Source: a bacterium
GTDB lineage: Bacteria > ARS69
Assembly: GCA_965216835.1 (NCBI GenBank)
Contig: OZ244210.1
Coordinates: 237,907 to 301,906, forward strand
DNA length: 64,000 bases
Reading direction: 5' to 3'
Position 1 is the stretch's first letter. Every line of letters starts with the position of its first letter. The translations under genes were made by a program, and so were the position numbers. Positions 61,223-64,000 of the stretch are shown piece by piece. The notes below the pieces were generated by a model. That model saw only the letters and a program-made list of their open reading frames with translations, did not search any database and was not told the DNA's origin.

Positions 61223-63448
61223 CTAGCGCAGGCGGACCGCCTTGCACTGGAAGGAGGCCGCGCCGGTTCCGCGCAGGAAGTAGACGCCGGCCGGCACCGG
61301 ACGACCTGCTTCGTCGCGGCCGTTCCAGCGAAGCCGCGTCTCGCCGGCCTCCAGCGCTCCGTCGAGGAGCGTCGCCAGGCGGCGGCCGGTGACGTCGTGG
61401 ACGGTGACCCTCACGCGGCCGGCACGGGAGAGGAGCAGCGGCAGCTCCTGCATCGCCCGCGCGGGCTGCGGCGAGAGACGTCCCACCCGGAAGCCGGCCG
61501 CGCCCGGCAGCGGAACGCCGACGGCGCCGGGATCGTCGCCCTCCGAGAGGACGAAGCGCGTGTCGACGGGGAGCGGGCCCAGCACCTGCGTGGAGGCGCC
61601 CGGCCACGAGATCACGAGGCTGTCGACGACCGTCGCCGAGCCCAGCCCGAAGTGCAGGTCCAGCGGTCCCTGGAAGCCGCGCCACGAGTTGGCCGTCACG
61701 CGCCGGTGGATCGCCTGTCCGCCGACCCAGCACGTCGCCCGGGCGCCCACCGCCGTTCCGCCCGCCAGCGTCTCCTCCAGCGACAGCGCCAGCCAGTGCC
61801 CGGTCGGGCCGTCGTTCCGGTAGAGGAGCGTCGGCGCCTCGGTCGCGTAGAAGTCCGGTCCCGCCCCCTCCTGGAGGAACAGGTCCAGATCGCCGTCCGC
61901 GTCCGCGTCGGCCCACACGCCGCCGTCGGTGAGCCGTCCGTCATCGCCGTCCACCCAGCCCGCGCCGCCCAGCGCCGAGAACGTGCCGCCGTCGTTGCGC
62001 CAGAGGACGTCGGCCTCGCCCCGGGACTGGGCCGTGCCCTTGTTCACCTGGTGCAGGTCCAGGTCGCCGTCGTTGTCGAAGTCGACGAAGGCGACGTCCC
62101 GCGGATTCGCCGACGTCCCGAGCCCCAGGCTCCCCGTGATCTCCGTGAACACGCCCGCGTCGTTGCGGAACACGCGCGGTCCCGCCGCGGGGACGCTCAC
62201 CTGCTCCAGCAGGGAGTCCGACGGCGCCGCGATGCCCGACGGCGTGAAGACGTCGCCGCTGTAGTTGCCGAACGTGCCCGGAGGCGCCGACACCGCGATG
62301 ACGAACGGGCCGCCCACGGACTCGCGCCAGACGTACATGCCCTCGTCCACGCCCGGCGTGAACGTGGGCGCACCGACCAGCGAGTCGTCCAGGAGGACGA
62401 CGGGGTTGCCGGGATGTGTTCCGGAGGGGCCCAGAAAGATTCGTTCGGCCGTGAAGGTTCCGCGCCACTCGAGGATGGCCACCGGGCTGCCGCTCACGGA
62501 CGAGAAGCGGAAGTAGTCCACGCCGTCGTCGCCGAGTCGATGATTCGCGAAGAACCAAAGGTCCTTCCCGACGACGTCCCACGCGTCGAAGATGGCCTCG
62601 TCGCCCTCCACGATGACGAGATCCAGATCCAGGTCGCCGTCCAGGTCGCCGAAGTCCGCGCCCGCGATCACCGGCATCGCCCCGAGCGCGGTTCCCGTCA
62701 CGTCGACGAACGTGCCGCCGTCGTTGCGCCAGAGTCGCGTGGTGCGGGAGAACTCCTCGCCGCCCACGAGCAGGTCAGGGTCGCCGTCGTCGTCGTAGTC
62801 CGCAAACAGGCCGCCGGTGGTTCCCTCGCCCTCGTCGAGGCCCCAGTCCGCCGCCACGTCGACGAACGTCATCGTTCCGTCGTTGCGATACAGCGAGTTG
62901 GGGCTCGCCACGAGCGGAGCCTTGCCGTGGAAGAGGTCCAGGTCGCCATCCCCGTCGATGTCCGCGGCCGAGAACGCGCGCCCGCGGCCCGACGCATCGG
63001 CCATGCCGCCCGCGCCGCCCACCTCGGTGAACGAGGAGGCCCCGCCGACGGATCGCCACAGCTCGTTGGCGCCGGAGTCGCAGCCGCAGCCGCCGCCACC
63101 TCCGTGCGAGCACACGGCGTCCGGGAAGCCGTCGCCGTTCAGGTCCGCCCAGAGCACACCGTGGCGATCCTCCCCGTCGGGGACGATCAGCTGCGGGAGC
63201 GAGTCGGGGGAGAAGAGGCCCGTGCCGTCGTTGCCGAAGACCTGGATCGTGAAGAAGTGGTGCCCGCTCACGAAGTCGACGTCCCCGTCCCGGTCGACGT
63301 CGATCGCCTGGGCGCCCCACGTGGGAAGGCTGGCCGAGAGGCCGGACGCCACGCCGACCTCGGTGAACTCGGCGCGGGCGGACCCGGTCGGCGCCGCCGC
63401 CGCCAGGACCGCCAGCGTCGCCACGGCGCGGAAGCGAGCGCCGATCAT
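61223..63448 (-). CDS. Secreted FG-GAP/VCBS repeat + ASPIC/UnbV protein with FlgD-Ig-like (T9SS-CTD-like) C-terminal domain
   Basis: The start is 'MIGARFRAVATLAVLAAAAPTGSARA' at 63448. Repeats are 'DVDRDGDVDFVSG', 'DIDGDGDLDLFHG', 'ADYDDDGDPDLLVGG', 'VDFDNDGDLDLHQVN' and 'ADADADGDLDLFLQEG'. 'LDLHFGLGSATVVDSLVISWPG' is UnbV-like. The tail is 'RVRVTVHDVTGRRLATLLDG...LRWNGRDEAGRPVPAGVYFLRG...'. Confidence 0.85.
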   Translation of the reverse strand: MIGARFRAVATLAVLAAAAPTGSARAEFTEVGVASGLSASLPTWGAQAIDVDRDGDVDFVSGHHFFTIQVFGNDGTGLFSPDSLPQLIVPDGEDRHGVLWADLNGDGFPDAVCSHGGGGGCGCDSGANELWRSVGGASSFTEVGGAGGMADASGRGRAFSAADIDGDGDLDLFHGKAPLVASPNSLYRNDGTMTFVDVAADWGLDEGEGTTGGLFADYDDDGDPDLLVGGEEFSRTTRLWRNDGGTFVDVTGTALGAMPVIAGADFGDLDGDLDLDLVIVEGDEAIFDAWDVVGKDLWFFANHRLGDDGVDYFRFSSVSGSPVAILEWRGTFTAERIFLGPSGTHPGNPVVLLDDSLVGAPTFTPGVDEGMYVWRESVGGPFVIAVSAPPGTFGNYSGDVFTPSGIAAPSDSLLEQVSVPAAGPRVFRNDAGVFTEITGSLGLGTSANPRDVAFVDFDNDGDLDLHQVNKGTAQSRGEADVLWRNDGGTFSALGGAGWVDGDDGRLTDGGVWADADADGDLDLFLQEGAGPDFYATEAPTLLYRNDGPTGHWLALSLEETLAGGTAVGARATCWVGGQAIHRRVTANSWRGFQGPLDLHFGLGSATVVDSLVISWPGASTQVLGPLPVDTRFVLSEGDDPGAVGVPLPGAAGFRVGRLSPQPARAMQELPLLLSRAGRVRVTVHDVTGRRLATLLDGALEAGETRLRWNGRDEAGRPVPAGVYFLRGTGAASFQCKAVRLR

Positions 63449-63449
63449 G

Positions 63450-64000
63450 CTAGCGAAGCCGCGTGAGCTTCGACGTCCGGACGACCTCGCCGTCCTCCAG
63501 GCGGACGAAGTACACGCCGCTGGTGACCGCGTATCCGGCATCGTCCCGGCCGTCCCAGCTCACGGAGTGGGAACCACCGGGCGAAGCGCCGTCCAGCAGC
63601 GTGCGGACCGTGCGTCCGGTCACGTCGATGACCGAGAGGCGCATCGGGCCCGCATCGGGACGCGAGTAGCGGATCGTGGTGCCGTCCACGAACGGGTTCG
63701 GCTCCACGGCCGTCAGCCGCGAACCGGCGACGCCGCCCGCCACCACCGGCGCGTCCGTGGCTCCCGCCGCCGGGGCCTGCGTGGCCAGGAAGAACTCCGT
63801 CCCGTTGCCGGGCCGGAACAGGGAGCCGCGCGCGTCGGCCGGCTGCGGCGCGGCGTCCGCGTCGAAGCGGAAGTTGAAGAGCATCTGGTACTCCAGCACG
63901 GACGCCGACGGATCCGTGGCCCAGTCGTCCGTGGACCAGGTCAGGAGTCCGTCGGCGATCTGCCAGGTCCAGTCGTTGCCGGCGTCGTCGTCCAGGTCGC
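63450..64000 (-). CDS. C-terminal part of a secreted protein ending in a FlgD-Ig-like domain (5' end lies outside the window)
   Basis: The frame stays open to base 64000 ('...DLDDDAGNDWTWQIADGLLTWSTDDWATDPSAS' precedes the track ORF). The tail 'MRLSVIDVTGRTVRTLLDG...VSWDGRDDAGYAVTSGVYFVRLEDG' parallels the neighbouring gene's tail. Confidence 0.7.
   Translation of the reverse strand, partial: DLDDDAGNDWTWQIADGLLTWSTDDWATDPSASVLEYQMLFNFRFDADAAPQPADARGSLFRPGNGTEFFLATQAPAAGATDAPVVAGGVAGSRLTAVEPNPFVDGTTIRYSRPDAGPMRLSVIDVTGRTVRTLLDGASPGGSHSVSWDGRDDAGYAVTSGVYFVRLEDGEVVRTSKLTRLR

Overview
This is a very GC-rich (roughly 70%) window from a diderm bacterium. The envelope proteins present are TamB, an Omp85-type barrel, many lipoproteins, and FG-GAP/ASPIC proteins with FlgD-Ig-like C-terminal tails. 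That mix fits a Gemmatimonadota-like or candidate-phylum genome, but this placement is inference only. Gene density is very high and about 50 CDS are supported. I saw no rRNA, tRNA, CRISPR array, IS element, integrase or prophage.

Gene content in order:
- 1-1531: 5'-truncated TamB-like gene.
- 1544-11428 (minus): an 8-gene, translationally coupled, ABC-transporter (Wzm/Wzt)-dependent polysaccharide operon. It holds five GT2 genes (one fused to a NodB deacetylase) and one GT4.
- 11529-14528: a large outer-membrane fusion protein (HExxH region + TolB/PD40 propeller + Omp85 barrel).
- 15365-18240: uvrD/pcrA coupled to a GerMN lipoprotein.
- 18327-21257: a TIR-NB-ARC-TPR STAND protein in a clearly lower-GC islet.
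- 21267-25317: lipoprotein, TMEM14-like protein, glpK and an M14 peptidase.
- 25432-26376: a second, stand-alone TIR-domain protein with an unassigned C-terminal domain, also lower in GC.
- 26440-30686: PLP decarboxylase and small secreted proteins, including a beta-helix protein.
- 30884-32017: kynA, coupled to an STT3-like membrane glycosyltransferase with a non-canonical WWDYG motif.
- 34273-36804: Ser/Thr kinase with TPR repeats.
- 36978-48122: a second glycan locus with two GT-C enzymes, an SGNH hydrolase, an SH3-MBL protein, a GT4, and Wzy, Wzx and Wzz.
- 48236-56553: housekeeping genes gatCAB, NlpC/P60, purD, tsaC, LMW-PTP, glyA and a ZIP transporter.
- 56559-64000: ASPIC/FG-GAP proteins, a TPR protein and an orphan PPC+P-domain protein.

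The best candidates for something new are the two horizontally acquired TIR genes. The first is a single-gene TIR-STAND sensor/effector; the second is an orphan TIR fused to an unknown domain. Next come the divergent STT3-like/GT-C cluster and a short C-terminal tail motif shared by two unrelated secreted proteins.

All functional calls rest on motifs I recognise by eye in the supplied translations. No database search, HMM or structure prediction was run.
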